Assembly: GCA_965223325.1 (NCBI GenBank)
Contig: CBDCWI010000001.1
Location: 1,632,001-1,696,000 of the forward strand
Reading direction: 5' to 3'
From: Candidatus Multivoradales bacterium
GTDB lineage: Bacteria > Acidobacteriota > Thermoanaerobaculia > Multivoradales > Multivoraceae
Length of the DNA stretch: 64,000 nucleotides
Part shown: positions 1-9,471 of the stretch, piece after piece
Layout: each line of letters opens with the position of its first letter
How positions within the stretch are numbered: the stretch's first letter is position 1
Position numbers and translations under genes: made by a program
Notes under the pieces: generated by a model
Databases searched by the model: none
Told to the model about the DNA's origin: nothing
Seen by the model: the letters and a program-made list of their open reading frames with translations, nothing else

Positions 1-2
1 GC

Positions 3-467
3 GGCGCCGTCCCCTACATGCACTGGTTCGCCTTCGTGCCGCTCCTTAGACCGCTGTCGCTCTTCGGGCGCGAGTTGCTCCTGATCCTCAAACGTGACCG
101 GCTTCTTCTGGTCTACTCCGCCGCCAGTTTCCTGGGCATCGGCGGATTGGGGCTGCTCTTCACCCGGACCTCGCTCGGCCCCTTCGGCATGGCGGTGGCG
201 TCGTTCTTCCCCGTTGGTCAACTCGTCTTGATGAGCGGCCTCCACGACGTCAACGCCCAGGCGTTGCGCGAACTGCTGCGCGAGATCGCCATCGTCTACG
301 TAGTCAACGTGCTGGTTTTCGCACCGCTCGTCTTCGCCCGCGACCACCTCGGGATCTACACGCGTTTCGCCGTCTCCCTGGTGCTCGCCCTCCTGGCCGT
401 CGCCTGGATCGTGCGACTCCACAAAAACAAACTCACGTTGCTCCTGGGAGTGGCGAAGCCGCACTGA
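3..467 (+). CDS. C-terminal part of a polytopic membrane protein, probably an oligosaccharide flippase (Wzx/MATE-like); 5'-truncated by the window edge
   Basis: Open from the window edge (GAVPYMHWFAFVPLL...), several hydrophobic helices, convergent with an FkbM methyltransferase. Confidence 0.5.
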   Translation, partial: GAVPYMHWFAFVPLLRPLSLFGRELLLILKRDRLLLVYSAASFLGIGGLGLLFTRTSLGPFGMAVASFFPVGQLVLMSGLHDVNAQALRELLREIAIVYVVNVLVFAPLVFARDHLGIYTRFAVSLVLALLAVAWIVRLHKNKLTLLLGVAKPH

Positions 468-474
468 GCAATCG

Positions 475-1263
475 TCAGGAAGCTCCCAGGAGGCTGGCTA
501 CCCGGTGACGCATCTTTGCCCGCGCGACCCGACGTTCGATGGCGGCCTGGTGCTTCTCCCAGAACGCCTCGGCAACGAAGATCACGTTGCCCGAAGCTTC
601 TTCGACGTACTCTTCGAGCCGGCCACCTTCGCGGGCGCTCTCGGCGAGCTGTTCTTCCCAGCCCGGAGCCCCGGGACCGTCAGGGTAGAAGACGCTCGCC
701 ACCTCACGGAAACCGAGGCCGTCGATCAGGGCGCGGGTCTGGTCGCCCGGCACCTCGCCGGGCCAGTAGGCAATCAGGTCGAGCTCGATATGAATCAAAC
801 GGACCTTGCCGGCCACGCCACGCGTCCCTTCGATGACCTGGTGCGCCGCGCCCTCGACGTCGACCCAGAGCGCGATGGGTGCCGGAGCGTCTGCCAGGAC
901 CTCGTCCAGGCGCACTGCCTCCACCTGGTCGACGCGCTTGGTCTTCGCGTACCCGGCGAGCAGTGAGCTCTCGCCGCGGTTAGCACTCGCTTCGTCATAG
1001 TCGACATCTGCGATGTGAAAGTCGACCAGGCCCGCTTCATCACTCGCGGCCTGGTGAAGTATCTCGACTCCCTGAGCGCGCAGCCGCGGGTCTTGGAGCA
1101 TGCGCTCGTAGTTCTCTCGGTTGGCCTCGAAGGCCACCACTCGCGCGTCTGGAAGCGCCTGTTTGAAAGACAACGCCTCGGCGCCATCCATCGAACCGAC
1201 GTCACACACGGTGCGACTGCCAGACAGGGAGAGGAGCTGAATGAAGAGACGCTTGGTGTTCAT
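475..1263 (-). CDS. FkbM family methyltransferase
   Basis: Motifs VCDVGSMDG, VVAFEAN, VRLDEV, LWVDVEGA; start placed at MNTKR after a 15-bp repeat. Confidence 0.85.
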   Translation of the reverse strand: MNTKRLFIQLLSLSGSRTVCDVGSMDGAEALSFKQALPDARVVAFEANRENYERMLQDPRLRAQGVEILHQAASDEAGLVDFHIADVDYDEASANRGESSLLAGYAKTKRVDQVEAVRLDEVLADAPAPIALWVDVEGAAHQVIEGTRGVAGKVRLIHIELDLIAYWPGEVPGDQTRALIDGLGFREVASVFYPDGPGAPGWEEQLAESAREGGRLEEYVEEASGNVIFVAEAFWEKHQAAIERRVARAKMRHRVASLLGAS

Positions 1264-1305
1264 ACCACTCGACACCATACCGCTCGAGACCACGCCGCTC
1301 GTTGC
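1261..1305. repeat. Three degenerate 15-bp tandem repeats at the FkbM start
   Basis: cataccactcgacac / cataccgctcgagac / cacgccgctcgttgc. Confidence 0.7.
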
Positions 1306-1344
1306 CCGGCGCGGACCCGCTACCCTTTGCGGAAAACCAAGCGC

Positions 1345-2517
1345 CTAGGCCAGGGCTTCGGCCTGGCGGCACGCGAGCTTCCAGGCGTAGAGGTGCTGGC
1401 GCAGTTCGCGCCGGACCTCTTTGAGTTCGGCTTCGAGCTCGTTCATTCGATCCTGTGCGTCTGCCAATCGCTTGCCGGCAAGGGCACGACGTTCGGCGAG
1501 CAGGGTGCGAAAGCGGAGGTGCTTCTCGTCGGCCTTCGCCTCGAGTTCTTCGAGCCAACCTGCCAGGGTTTCACTGAAACGCACCTCGCCGCGCCGTGCC
1601 AACCGACGCTGCCGTTCGCGCACCCGTGCCAAGCGAATCGTCTCTGACGGGATGCGCCGCAGATCCCTTGCCAGGCCGCACCGCGCCAGCGTCCAGATCA
1701 CCCACTTGCTCGGGTCCCACTGCCAGGCACGAACACCGTTGCGATAGTCGGTCTGAAAGGCGTGGTGGTAGTTGTGGTAGCCCTCGCCAAAGGTGAAGAA
1801 GGCAAGCAGCCCATTGTCACGTGCCGACACCTCGCCGTCGTACGGCTGGCTACCGAGAGTGTGCGCCAGCGAGTTGATCAGGAAAGTCGAATGGTGGACG
1901 GCGACGATGCGCGCCGTGGCTCCGAACAGAAAACCCGCCAGAAGCCCCTCGAGCCAGCCTTCGCCAGAGCGCAGGGTGTAGAGCGCACCGAGAGTCATGG
2001 GCAGGAAGAACCCCATCAGAATCGCGAGAGGAATGTAGAAGCGCTCTTGAAACGCAACGATCGGATCGCGGCGCAGGTCGGCGACATTGTCGGTCGCGAG
2101 AGGCGGATCCTGATGCACCAGGAGCCAGCCCATGTGCGCCCAGAAGAAGCCGTGGCGAATGCTGTGCGGATCGTGTAGATCGCCGTCCTGATCGGTGAAC
2201 TTGTGGTGATAGCGATGCTCGGACGCCCACTGCAGAACGGGCTCCTGGAATGCGGCCGCACCGAACAAGGTGACCCAGAGGCGCACCGGCCAACTGGCCC
2301 GAAATGCACAGTGAGCGAACAGTCGGTGATAGCCGACCGTGATGCTGAGCCCCGTGCACGCGAACATCAGAAGGAACAGCCCCACTTCGAGGCGTCCCAG
2401 GCCTCGAGACCAGACCCATGCCGGCACGCCGACGAGAGTGACCAGGAGGGTCGAGATCAGGAAGATCGAGGTCTTCCAGTTGATTCCGGAGATCTTGAGG
2501 GGTTGAACGTCGGGCAC
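1345..2517 (-). CDS. Membrane-bound delta-9-type fatty acid desaturase with C-terminal coiled coil
   Basis: His boxes HRLFAH, HRYHH and EGYHNYHH, then DYRNG..WQWDPSKW; GTG start after GGAG. Confidence 0.92.
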   Translation of the reverse strand: MPDVQPLKISGINWKTSIFLISTLLVTLVGVPAWVWSRGLGRLEVGLFLLMFACTGLSITVGYHRLFAHCAFRASWPVRLWVTLFGAAAFQEPVLQWASEHRYHHKFTDQDGDLHDPHSIRHGFFWAHMGWLLVHQDPPLATDNVADLRRDPIVAFQERFYIPLAILMGFFLPMTLGALYTLRSGEGWLEGLLAGFLFGATARIVAVHHSTFLINSLAHTLGSQPYDGEVSARDNGLLAFFTFGEGYHNYHHAFQTDYRNGVRAWQWDPSKWVIWTLARCGLARDLRRIPSETIRLARVRERQRRLARRGEVRFSETLAGWLEELEAKADEKHLRFRTLLAERRALAGKRLADAQDRMNELEAELKEVRRELRQHLYAWKLACRQAEALA

Positions 2518-2680
2518 AGTGGGCTCCAGCAAAGAGGGGGGAGGTGGGAAGGCGGGATCGCTACGCTCAGGGGCTTGACTCCCTCGCGAGGCGCACCGGC
2601 CATTCTATCTCCTGCGGTCGCTGGGAGTGTTCCTGGGAGCCAAGAAAGTCTCCACCCGCCCGCGGGCCGGAACGACGCGC

Positions 2681-2719
2681 AACAAAAAGAAACAGCCGGC
2701 CCACGGGCCGGCTGTTTCT
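2681..2719 (-). terminator. Intrinsic terminator downstream of the DinB-family gene
   Basis: Inverted repeat agaaacagccggccc/gggccggctgtttct followed on the minus strand by a T-run. Confidence 0.8.
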
Positions 2720-2758
2720 GGTTCACCAGGGGGCAAATCTCGCCCCGCTCCCGGAAGC

Positions 2759-3307
2759 CTACTGGCTCCAGGGAGGGGTCACGCCGACCGAGCGCGCGTA
2801 GGCGATCAACTGGCCGAGGTGCTCGTGGGTGTGGGAGATGGCGGCGTGTAGCACGCCTGCCTTGGTGAACTCCTGTCCGAACATCTGCTGCGTTTCACCG
2901 AGCTGGTCTGCCGGAACCGACTCCACCAGCTTGCGCATCTGCTCGAACGACGTCTTCATGGTCGCGATCACCTGGTCTTTGTCGGTGATTTCCTCGAGCT
3001 TGCCCATCTCGATGCCTTCGGGGGGTTGGATCCCTGCCTGCATCGGGAAGAAGAACTGTGCCTGCGCCATGTGCATGAATGCACCGGAAACGCCACGCAC
3101 ACCTTCGGCCGGAGCCCAGGAGTACTTCTCGGCCGGAATGGCTTCGGCGAGACCAACGAGCTTCTCTTCGAGGCTCGCGAGGTCTTTGATCAGGTCGCTG
3201 TTGTAGCCCGCGTCGGCATCTGCCGCGGTCGCTGGCGCAGCGAGACCCGCCACGAGAAGAAGTGCTACGGCTGCTAGAGACACCTGCTTGAGAGTGAACC
3301 GCGGCAT
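2759..3307 (-). CDS. Secreted DinB/YfiT-superfamily protein
   Basis: Signal peptide ending APATA; AEAIPAEKYSWAP..VR, MHMA, HTHEHLGQLIAYARSVGVTPPWS; AAGGAGG RBS. Confidence 0.85.
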   Translation of the reverse strand: MPRFTLKQVSLAAVALLLVAGLAAPATAADADAGYNSDLIKDLASLEEKLVGLAEAIPAEKYSWAPAEGVRGVSGAFMHMAQAQFFFPMQAGIQPPEGIEMGKLEEITDKDQVIATMKTSFEQMRKLVESVPADQLGETQQMFGQEFTKAGVLHAAISHTHEHLGQLIAYARSVGVTPPWSQ

Positions 3308-3472
3308 GCGATACCTCCTTAGGAACTTTGACTGTAGGCGAGTACCACGAAAGGCACCCGAGCGAAGAATGGAGGTCAATATAACAACGCACCAGCGGGC
3401 AATGGAGGCCGCTTGGGACCAATGGATCCACTCTTTTGATCCTCGGGAGCAGGAGCGATTCGACCGGCCGGC

Positions 3473-4291
3473 CTACCAGCCGCCAGAGGCGCCGCCACCC
3501 CCGAAGCTCCCACCGCCGCCGGAAAAGCCGCCAAAACCGCCGCCGCCGAAGCCGCCCCCGCCGAAACCGCCACCCCGGCGACCACTCGAGCGACCCGATC
3601 GACTACCAGGCAACAGGATGATTGGGCCGTCTCCCCAACCGTCGCGGGAGCTCCACTCGGCTCGACCCCGGCGCCGCCGACTGCTCAAGATGATGAAGAT
3701 GATCAGGATGACGATGAACAAGATCAGGTCGAGCGGGATCCCACTCGGGACCGCGCGCGGGCCGGTGGGTGCCGGAAGTTCCTGACCGTCGAGGCTGGCG
3801 AGGATCGCGCTCACCCCAGCTTCAAAGCCACCGCCCATGTCGCCGGCGCGAAACCGCGGCTGCACCACGTCGTTGATGATCCGCCTCGCGCGCAGGTCGG
3901 TCAGGGTGGCCTCGAGACCGTAGCCGGTGTCGATGCGCATGCGCCGCTCTTCCTTGGCAACCAGAAAGAGAACTCCATCATCCTGCTCGCCGCGGCCGAG
4001 CTTCCAGGCTTCAGCCACCCGGTGCGAGTAGGCCTCGAGCGCTTCGCCCTCGAGGCTCCAGATCGTCAGCACCACCACCTGGTTGCCGGTGCGTTCTTCG
4101 TGGGCGGCAAGCAGCGCTTCGAGACGATGTTCGACGTCGTCGGGAATCATGCCTGCCAAGTCCACGACCCTGCCGGTCAGAAACGGGACGTCGTCACTCA
4201 GAAGCACTGAGGAGGGCGCGAGGACGACGACCAGAGCCACGAACAGAAAGAGCCGTCCTGCCGAGAACCGGTTGCCGACGCGCCGACTCAT
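3473..4291 (-). CDS. TPM-domain protein (YgcG-like) with TM helix and Gly-rich tail
   Basis: GRVVDLAGMI, QVVVLT, WKLG...DDGVLFLVA, GYGLEATLTD, GGGGSFGGGGASGGW. Confidence 0.92.
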   Translation of the reverse strand: MSRRVGNRFSAGRLFLFVALVVVLAPSSVLLSDDVPFLTGRVVDLAGMIPDDVEHRLEALLAAHEERTGNQVVVLTIWSLEGEALEAYSHRVAEAWKLGRGEQDDGVLFLVAKEERRMRIDTGYGLEATLTDLRARRIINDVVQPRFRAGDMGGGFEAGVSAILASLDGQELPAPTGPRAVPSGIPLDLILFIVILIIFIILSSRRRRGRAEWSSRDGWGDGPIILLPGSRSGRSSGRRGGGFGGGGFGGGGFGGFSGGGGSFGGGGASGGW

Positions 4292-5010
4292 CGCCGTCTC
4301 ACCCGCGGCGAATCAGAGAGCTCGTCTCTGTCGTCGGTCCGGCGCGTCACCTCGTGCGCTTCGAGTAGTGCACCGCAGCGTTCGACCGCCTCGATGATTG
4401 CCGACACCGGGTCCCCACTGTCCATGCCGTCGACGAGACGTTCCGTCACCAGGATCCACTCCTGGTCGTCGACGACCCGATGGATTCCTTCGTCGGCGAG
4501 CACCACAGCTCGACGCTCGAAGAGCGCCACAAAGAGCAGAATGCCGGTGCGGTCCTGGGTCTGGAAGACTTCTTCCTCGAGGAACGCCGATTCGGCCCGC
4601 AGACCGACCCGGCGCAGCAGGTCGTCGCCCCTGATCAGGGCGCGGCCCAGTCCATCGATCGAACTCGCCGCCAGGTAGCCGAGCAACCCGCCGATGAGCG
4701 TTGGCACCAGGGCCCAGAGCCCGACGTCGCCGCCCCACCACCCGAGCACGTCGTGCACAAGGGTGGCACCGACGAGTGCGATGACGCCACCCCAGAGCGC
4801 ACCGCGCCACCCGCGTTCGGGATACTCGTCACAACGGTCGACGAGATAGGTCACGATCTCACCACCCGAGCGCCTCTCGGCCTCGCTGACGGCAACACGG
4901 ATGCGCTCGAGTTGGGATTCGGGGAACCCCTCGAGCACAGTCGGTGGCGACAGAGGCTCCGCGGGCGGCACCGCCTCAGGAGGCACAGCCCCGCTGGCAG
5001 TTTCGTTCAT
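4288..5010 (-). CDS. TPM-domain membrane protein, partner of LemA/YgcG
   Basis: AVSEAERRSGGEI, T.DRTGILLFVALFERRAVVLADEGI, D.DELSD; 4-nt overlap with the next gene. Confidence 0.88.
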   Translation of the reverse strand: MNETASGAVPPEAVPPAEPLSPPTVLEGFPESQLERIRVAVSEAERRSGGEIVTYLVDRCDEYPERGWRGALWGGVIALVGATLVHDVLGWWGGDVGLWALVPTLIGGLLGYLAASSIDGLGRALIRGDDLLRRVGLRAESAFLEEEVFQTQDRTGILLFVALFERRAVVLADEGIHRVVDDQEWILVTERLVDGMDSGDPVSAIIEAVERCGALLEAHEVTRRTDDRDELSDSPRVRRR

Positions 5011-5066
5011 CGCGCCAGCGCGCCAGGCGCCGCCCACAACACCAGGAAGGGTCCGAACAAGAGTGC

Positions 5067-5657
5067 CTACCCGAAGTCGACTCGGGGCACCGTCTCGGCA
5101 CCCGGCTCTGACTCGAAGTACGGCTTTCCTGTAAAGCCAAACAGACTCGCGACCAGGTTCATCGGCACTTTGCGCATCGCGGTGTTGTACCGCTGCGCGC
5201 TCTCGTTGTACTTGCTGCGCTCGACGGTGATTCGGTTCTCGGTTCCTTCGAGCTGCGACTGGAGATCGCGAAAAGCCTCCGTCGCGCGCAGGTCCGGATA
5301 CTTCTCGACCACCACCATCAAACGCGACAGGGCTTGCGTGAGATCTCCCTGGGCCGCCTGAAACTGCGCCAGCTGTTCGGCCGAGGGGGCGCCTTCGATG
5401 TTGATCTGGCCCGCGCTGGCGCGCGCCTGGGCAACCGACTCGAAGGTCTCGCGCTCGAACTCGCTGGCACCCTTGACAGTCTCGACCAGGTTGGGAATCA
5501 AGTCGGCACGGCGCTGGTACACGTTCTCGACCTGCGACCAGCTACGGGTCACATCCTCTTCCAGTTCGACGAGGCGGTTGCGCTGGCCGAAGACGATCAC
5601 CGCCAGCAGCGCGATCAACGCGAGGGCGCCGCAGCCTAGTGCTAGACCTTTGTTCAT
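5067..5657 (-). CDS. lemA: LemA family protein
   Basis: WSQVENVYQRRADLIPNLVETVKG, EKYPDLRA, LEGTENRI; AGGAG RBS. Confidence 0.95.
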   Translation of the reverse strand: MNKGLALGCGALALIALLAVIVFGQRNRLVELEEDVTRSWSQVENVYQRRADLIPNLVETVKGASEFERETFESVAQARASAGQINIEGAPSAEQLAQFQAAQGDLTQALSRLMVVVEKYPDLRATEAFRDLQSQLEGTENRITVERSKYNESAQRYNTAMRKVPMNLVASLFGFTGKPYFESEPGAETVPRVDFG

Positions 5658-5903
5658 TCTCGTTACTCCTTCGGCCCACTGGCACGCACAAACGTGAGCC
5701 TCCAGGCGATTCTGGAGCAGCTCGGGGAGCAACTCGGCGCGCCGTTGAGGGCTTCGCTGCGGCGGTACTGGCCGACCTTCTGTTCGGGGTTGTTGACCTC
5801 CAATGATACGCCGCCGCTACCCGCGGCGGTGTGGCCAATGGAGCATTCGAGCCCCGACCGCACGCGGAATCCTCCGGAAGCTCCGCCCAGGGTGCGACTG
5901 GGA

Positions 5904-6788
5904 TCAGCAGTAGCGGTTGATTGTGTCCCGGCCCACGAAGCCCCAGACCGACATGCCCCCCAGGCGAGCGACGTCGAGTGCCAACGACGACGCCGCACCG
6001 ACCGCGGCCAACACCGGTACCGAAGCAGCCAGCGCCTTCTGAGCGATCTCGTAGCCGGCGCGCCCGCTGGTGACCAGGATCGTCTGGTGCAGCGGCAGCT
6101 TTCGCGCCAGCAACTGCTGGCCGATGATCTTGTCGACCGCATTGTGGCGCCCCACATCCTCGGCAACAGAGAGGCAGGTTCCAGAGAGGTCGAAGAGTGC
6201 CGCTCCATGCGCTCCGCCGGTGGCATCGAAGAGCGGCTGGCGCTCTTGCATCTGCTGGACCAGAGAGCCGAGGCTCTTTGCCAGATCGCGCTCCGAACAC
6301 TCCAGCGGTTCGAGCTCCGGTACCCGCTGCCAGAGGTCCTCGAGGGAACGCTTGCCGCAAACGCCGCAGGCGCTGCTGGCCGGGAACAGGCGGGCCTCGG
6401 CCGCGCGCACACCGAGCCGGTCGCGGGCAGCCTCGGCGAGAGACACGACGATTCGGGATGGAACGGCGCTCCCGTCGCGAGGGGTGGCCCCCTCGGCCGC
6501 GGTCTCGTCCACCAAAACCGGCTCGGCTTCGATCCCGACGATGTCCTCGGGACCGGAAACCAACCCTTCGCCGTGCAGAAACCCGACCGCCAGATCGCGA
6601 TCGCGGCCGGGAGTGCGCATGGTGATCGAAAGCGGCTGCCCGTCGAGGAAGATTTCGAGGGGTTCCTCGCGCACGACGAGATCGCCGCGGCGTTGGCCGC
6701 CTTGGGCACCCGTCGGCCACGAGGTCACATCTCGAGACCGGGTGGCAATCGCGTTCGCTGGATCCTGTTCGCTCAAGACACCCATCAT
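5904..6788 (-). CDS. fdhD: Formate dehydrogenase accessory sulfurtransferase FdhD
   Basis: EEPLEI, TMRTPG, SSACGVCG, TGGAHGAALF, EDVGRHNAVDKIIG, SGRAGYEI. Confidence 0.93.
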   Translation of the reverse strand: MMGVLSEQDPANAIATRSRDVTSWPTGAQGGQRRGDLVVREEPLEIFLDGQPLSITMRTPGRDRDLAVGFLHGEGLVSGPEDIVGIEAEPVLVDETAAEGATPRDGSAVPSRIVVSLAEAARDRLGVRAAEARLFPASSACGVCGKRSLEDLWQRVPELEPLECSERDLAKSLGSLVQQMQERQPLFDATGGAHGAALFDLSGTCLSVAEDVGRHNAVDKIIGQQLLARKLPLHQTILVTSGRAGYEIAQKALAASVPVLAAVGAASSLALDVARLGGMSVWGFVGRDTINRYC

Positions 6789-6966
6789 AGGAGGCCTGTA
6801 ATGAGCGATGACAAATCAGGAGAATTTTCTTCTATCAATTCGCCTCAATCCTTCGATCTTCGGTGCAGTTCCCGGTTTTCGGAACCGTCTGATAAATTGA
6901 AATCCGCCAATGAACCTTCCCTCTCACCGCCCCGGGTGACGCCTTTGAGACCTCTCTGGCCAGATC

Positions 6967-7758
6967 GTGACTGACACTCCCCCTCTCTACCGCGAACGCC
7001 GCGCCAACCCGCGGTTTCGCGTCGAAAGGCTCGTCCAGGGCAGCCTGGCGTTGCGGCGTAAGGCCAGCGTCGCCAACCTGAGCATGTCGGGGGTGGCGCT
7101 CGAGTTCCCCCGCCGCCTCGACCCGGGTCGCCTGCATGCGCTACGGCTGCTCAATGTCCACGGGCGCGAGATCGAACTCGGCGCGCGCGTCGTCTGGTGC
7201 CACCTGACTGGGGCAATGCGGGACAGCCCGCCCGACCCAACCTTCCGGGCGGGTCTCGAGTTCGAAGACGTTCTAACGCCCGAGGCGCGTAAGCTGCAGA
7301 TCCTGCTCGAGAGCCGCGCCGACATGACCTTCGACCAGCGGGTTTTCGGTCGCTTCTCGCTCGCCGGCGACCGCGACTGCGAAATCGAAACCATCTACGA
7401 CTTCGAAGTACGCACTGTGAGCGCCGGCGGCATGTGCCTCGAGACGGAAGCGCAGCCCGAGGAGGGCGATATCGTGCCGCTCGAGATCAGTCTGCCGGCC
7501 CAGATCGTACGGCTCGAGGGTCGCGTTACCTATGTGACTCCGCCGAACCGGGTGCGCGAACGCCACGGTCTGCGCGAGGTCGGAATCGCCTACACCCAGC
7601 TACCGCTCGACGACTTCGACCCGCTGATCGAGCTTCTCGAGCACGGCGCGCTCGAAGCCGACCCCAGGACCGAAGCACCTTCCACGCTCGCCGCCGAACC
7701 CGTCGCGGCAAACACTCCTCGCTTCAGCGGGGAGCCGAAGGGCGAGCGGATCACCTAG
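6967..7758 (+). CDS. Tandem PilZ-domain protein
   Basis: Domain 1 has RRANPR (RxxxR), NLSMSG, ARVVWC and AGLEF; domain 2 has TVSAGG, GRVTYV and VGIAY. Confidence 0.8.
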   Translation: MTDTPPLYRERRANPRFRVERLVQGSLALRRKASVANLSMSGVALEFPRRLDPGRLHALRLLNVHGREIELGARVVWCHLTGAMRDSPPDPTFRAGLEFEDVLTPEARKLQILLESRADMTFDQRVFGRFSLAGDRDCEIETIYDFEVRTVSAGGMCLETEAQPEEGDIVPLEISLPAQIVRLEGRVTYVTPPNRVRERHGLREVGIAYTQLPLDDFDPLIELLEHGALEADPRTEAPSTLAAEPVAANTPRFSGEPKGERIT

Positions 7759-9008
7759 CCGGGCGCCCCCGCGTCGTGCGCGGCCTCTTCGCCCCTCACA
7801 GAAGCGCCGTCGAGGGCGGAGCGCAGCGCAGCGATCTCCTCCGTTCTAGCGCTTCGCCACTTGCCGACGCGCGACCGGCGGTCGACGGCATCGGGCTCGA
7901 CATGCAGGGAGGTGACGTGTTTCCCGGCCTGGCTGAAAACGTGCACTCGGCCGCGGCCACCTAGAACGACCAGCGTGTCTTCGCGGGTGTCGTAGAGGAT
8001 CTTGCTGTCGGCAGCCTGCGCCAGGTCGGCCAGTGCTTTGTCGGTTGGACGCTCCGGCTGTCGCCGGCGCCTCTCGGCGTGCCGCGTCCGCCGACCACTC
8101 GAGCGCTCGCGCTTGCCGAGCCGCCGCGCCAACCCTTCGAGAAGACCGCCGATGCGGACCGGGGCCTGAACCTGCGCCTTCTCGTTGCCACCGCGAGTGC
8201 TGAGCTCGATCTGGGCGAGCACCGAACGCGCCCAGTCGACTTGTTCCTGCCACGGCGGCAACCCGTCACCCTTCCTGGTCCGACGCACTCCTCCTCCAGT
8301 TTCCCACTGCTCGGCCAGCCGTCGACCTTCTAGCCCCACGCCAACGACGTTCAGGTCGTAGCGTCGCGCACCTCCGCGACGCCCACTCGAAATCACTTGA
8401 AAGGTGACGGCGAGGGACTCACCGCCGGGGAGTTGGTACCAACCGGCCGCCACCTGACCTTCGAGGTGATAGTCGATCTCATCGTCGCGGTAGGCATCGA
8501 GTAGTTCCGCCGTCAGGTGCTCACCGCTCTGCACCGTCACCACCAGCCGTGGTTTGCGCAGAAAGAGTGGGTTGGGATCTTCCCCCTGCTCGAGCAGGTA
8601 TTGCGGCCACTCGACGAACTCGGGGACCCCGGTCGGACCGTAGTGTGAAAAGACCTGCTGAGGCGTCCTGGGCTCCGAGTGTTCGCAGGTCGAGCTCCCG
8701 CAGCGCAGGCAACGAACCCGACCGGGAACGGAGAGCGAGCCTCGAGCCAACAGGTTCTCGACCTCAGCCTGGAGGTCTTCGGCGAGCCGAGCCGACAGGC
8801 GCAAAAGATCTTCACTGCTCGCGCCAACCGGCAGTCGCAGAGTGAGCTGCACCTCTTCGGCATCGGCCGGCGAGGGACGGCGGCCCGATGGGTGCCGCCG
8901 GATACGTTCGTCGAGCTCGGCGACGAGCGCATCGAGGGCCTTCCCCAGCCGGTTCTCGGAGGGCGCTTCAGGACGCTTCTCTGGTCGCTTCTTTGGGCGC
9001 TTCTTCAC
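7755..9008 (-). CDS. Hypothetical protein with CxxC-x4-CxH motif and Arg-rich segment
   Basis: 417-aa ORF, AGGA RBS, CLRCGSSTCEH, RRTRHAERRRR; no family recognised. Confidence 0.75.
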   Translation of the reverse strand: MKKRPKKRPEKRPEAPSENRLGKALDALVAELDERIRRHPSGRRPSPADAEEVQLTLRLPVGASSEDLLRLSARLAEDLQAEVENLLARGSLSVPGRVRCLRCGSSTCEHSEPRTPQQVFSHYGPTGVPEFVEWPQYLLEQGEDPNPLFLRKPRLVVTVQSGEHLTAELLDAYRDDEIDYHLEGQVAAGWYQLPGGESLAVTFQVISSGRRGGARRYDLNVVGVGLEGRRLAEQWETGGGVRRTRKGDGLPPWQEQVDWARSVLAQIELSTRGGNEKAQVQAPVRIGGLLEGLARRLGKRERSSGRRTRHAERRRRQPERPTDKALADLAQAADSKILYDTREDTLVVLGGRGRVHVFSQAGKHVTSLHVEPDAVDRRSRVGKWRSARTEEIAALRSALDGASVRGEEAAHDAGAPG

Positions 9009-9054
9009 GATTCTTTACGTTCCTAGGAGCCGTCGACAACGGAAGGCAAAGGAG

Positions 9055-9210
9055 ATGTAGGGCCAGACGACCCGTGCCAGCGCCACACGCGGCTTCGCCA
9101 GGAGCCCAAGGCGGGAGGCGGGCCCAGGTGGAGCCCTTCTCGCGCCGCGACTCCCCGATGCAACATAGGCTCAGGCCGCTGAAGGCGAGCGCGATCATCT
9201 TAGGCGTTTC
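9055..9210 (-). ncRNA. ssrS: Probable 6S RNA
   Basis: Minus strand ctaagatgatcgc...cctgagcctatgttgcat resembles the E. coli 6S 5' half (CTGAGATGTTCGC...CCTGAGCCGATATTTCAT). Rod-like pairing: agatgatc/ggtcgtct, cgcc/ggcg, gagccta/tgggctc, a central bubble, apical stem ggagtc/ggctcc. Confidence 0.65.
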
Positions 9211-9471
9211 TGTCTCCTGGAGGGGCACTCTCCCCATCGGCTCGATAGACTGTCGCCTGTTCCAGCGCCCGGCTCGAGAGAAAGGACCGCTGGGCAGCTC
9301 TCCAACCGCTTTCCCTCCTCAACATCTGAGGCCACATCCCTGGCCAGGCCAGGTACCTGAAGTCTCGCCGGCAAATGCCAGCCAGCCCGATTCGCGTGCA
9401 GCAACGGCCCGAATCGAGGCGCTCCACCCATCACACCACGATCGACAAACTGTCGACTGCGGACTCCTGCT

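Noticed and set aside
2759-3307. Second DNA polymerase IV
   Set aside because: DinB/YfiT helical-bundle family; shares only the name
3476-3580. GGC-rich repeat as a mobile or regulatory element
   Set aside because: Encodes the usual Gly-rich tail of TPM proteins
9060-9330. SRP RNA or glycine riboswitch upstream of gdhA
   Set aside because: No SRP CAGG..GGAAG..AGCAG motif; the pairing fits a minus-strand 6S-like rod better
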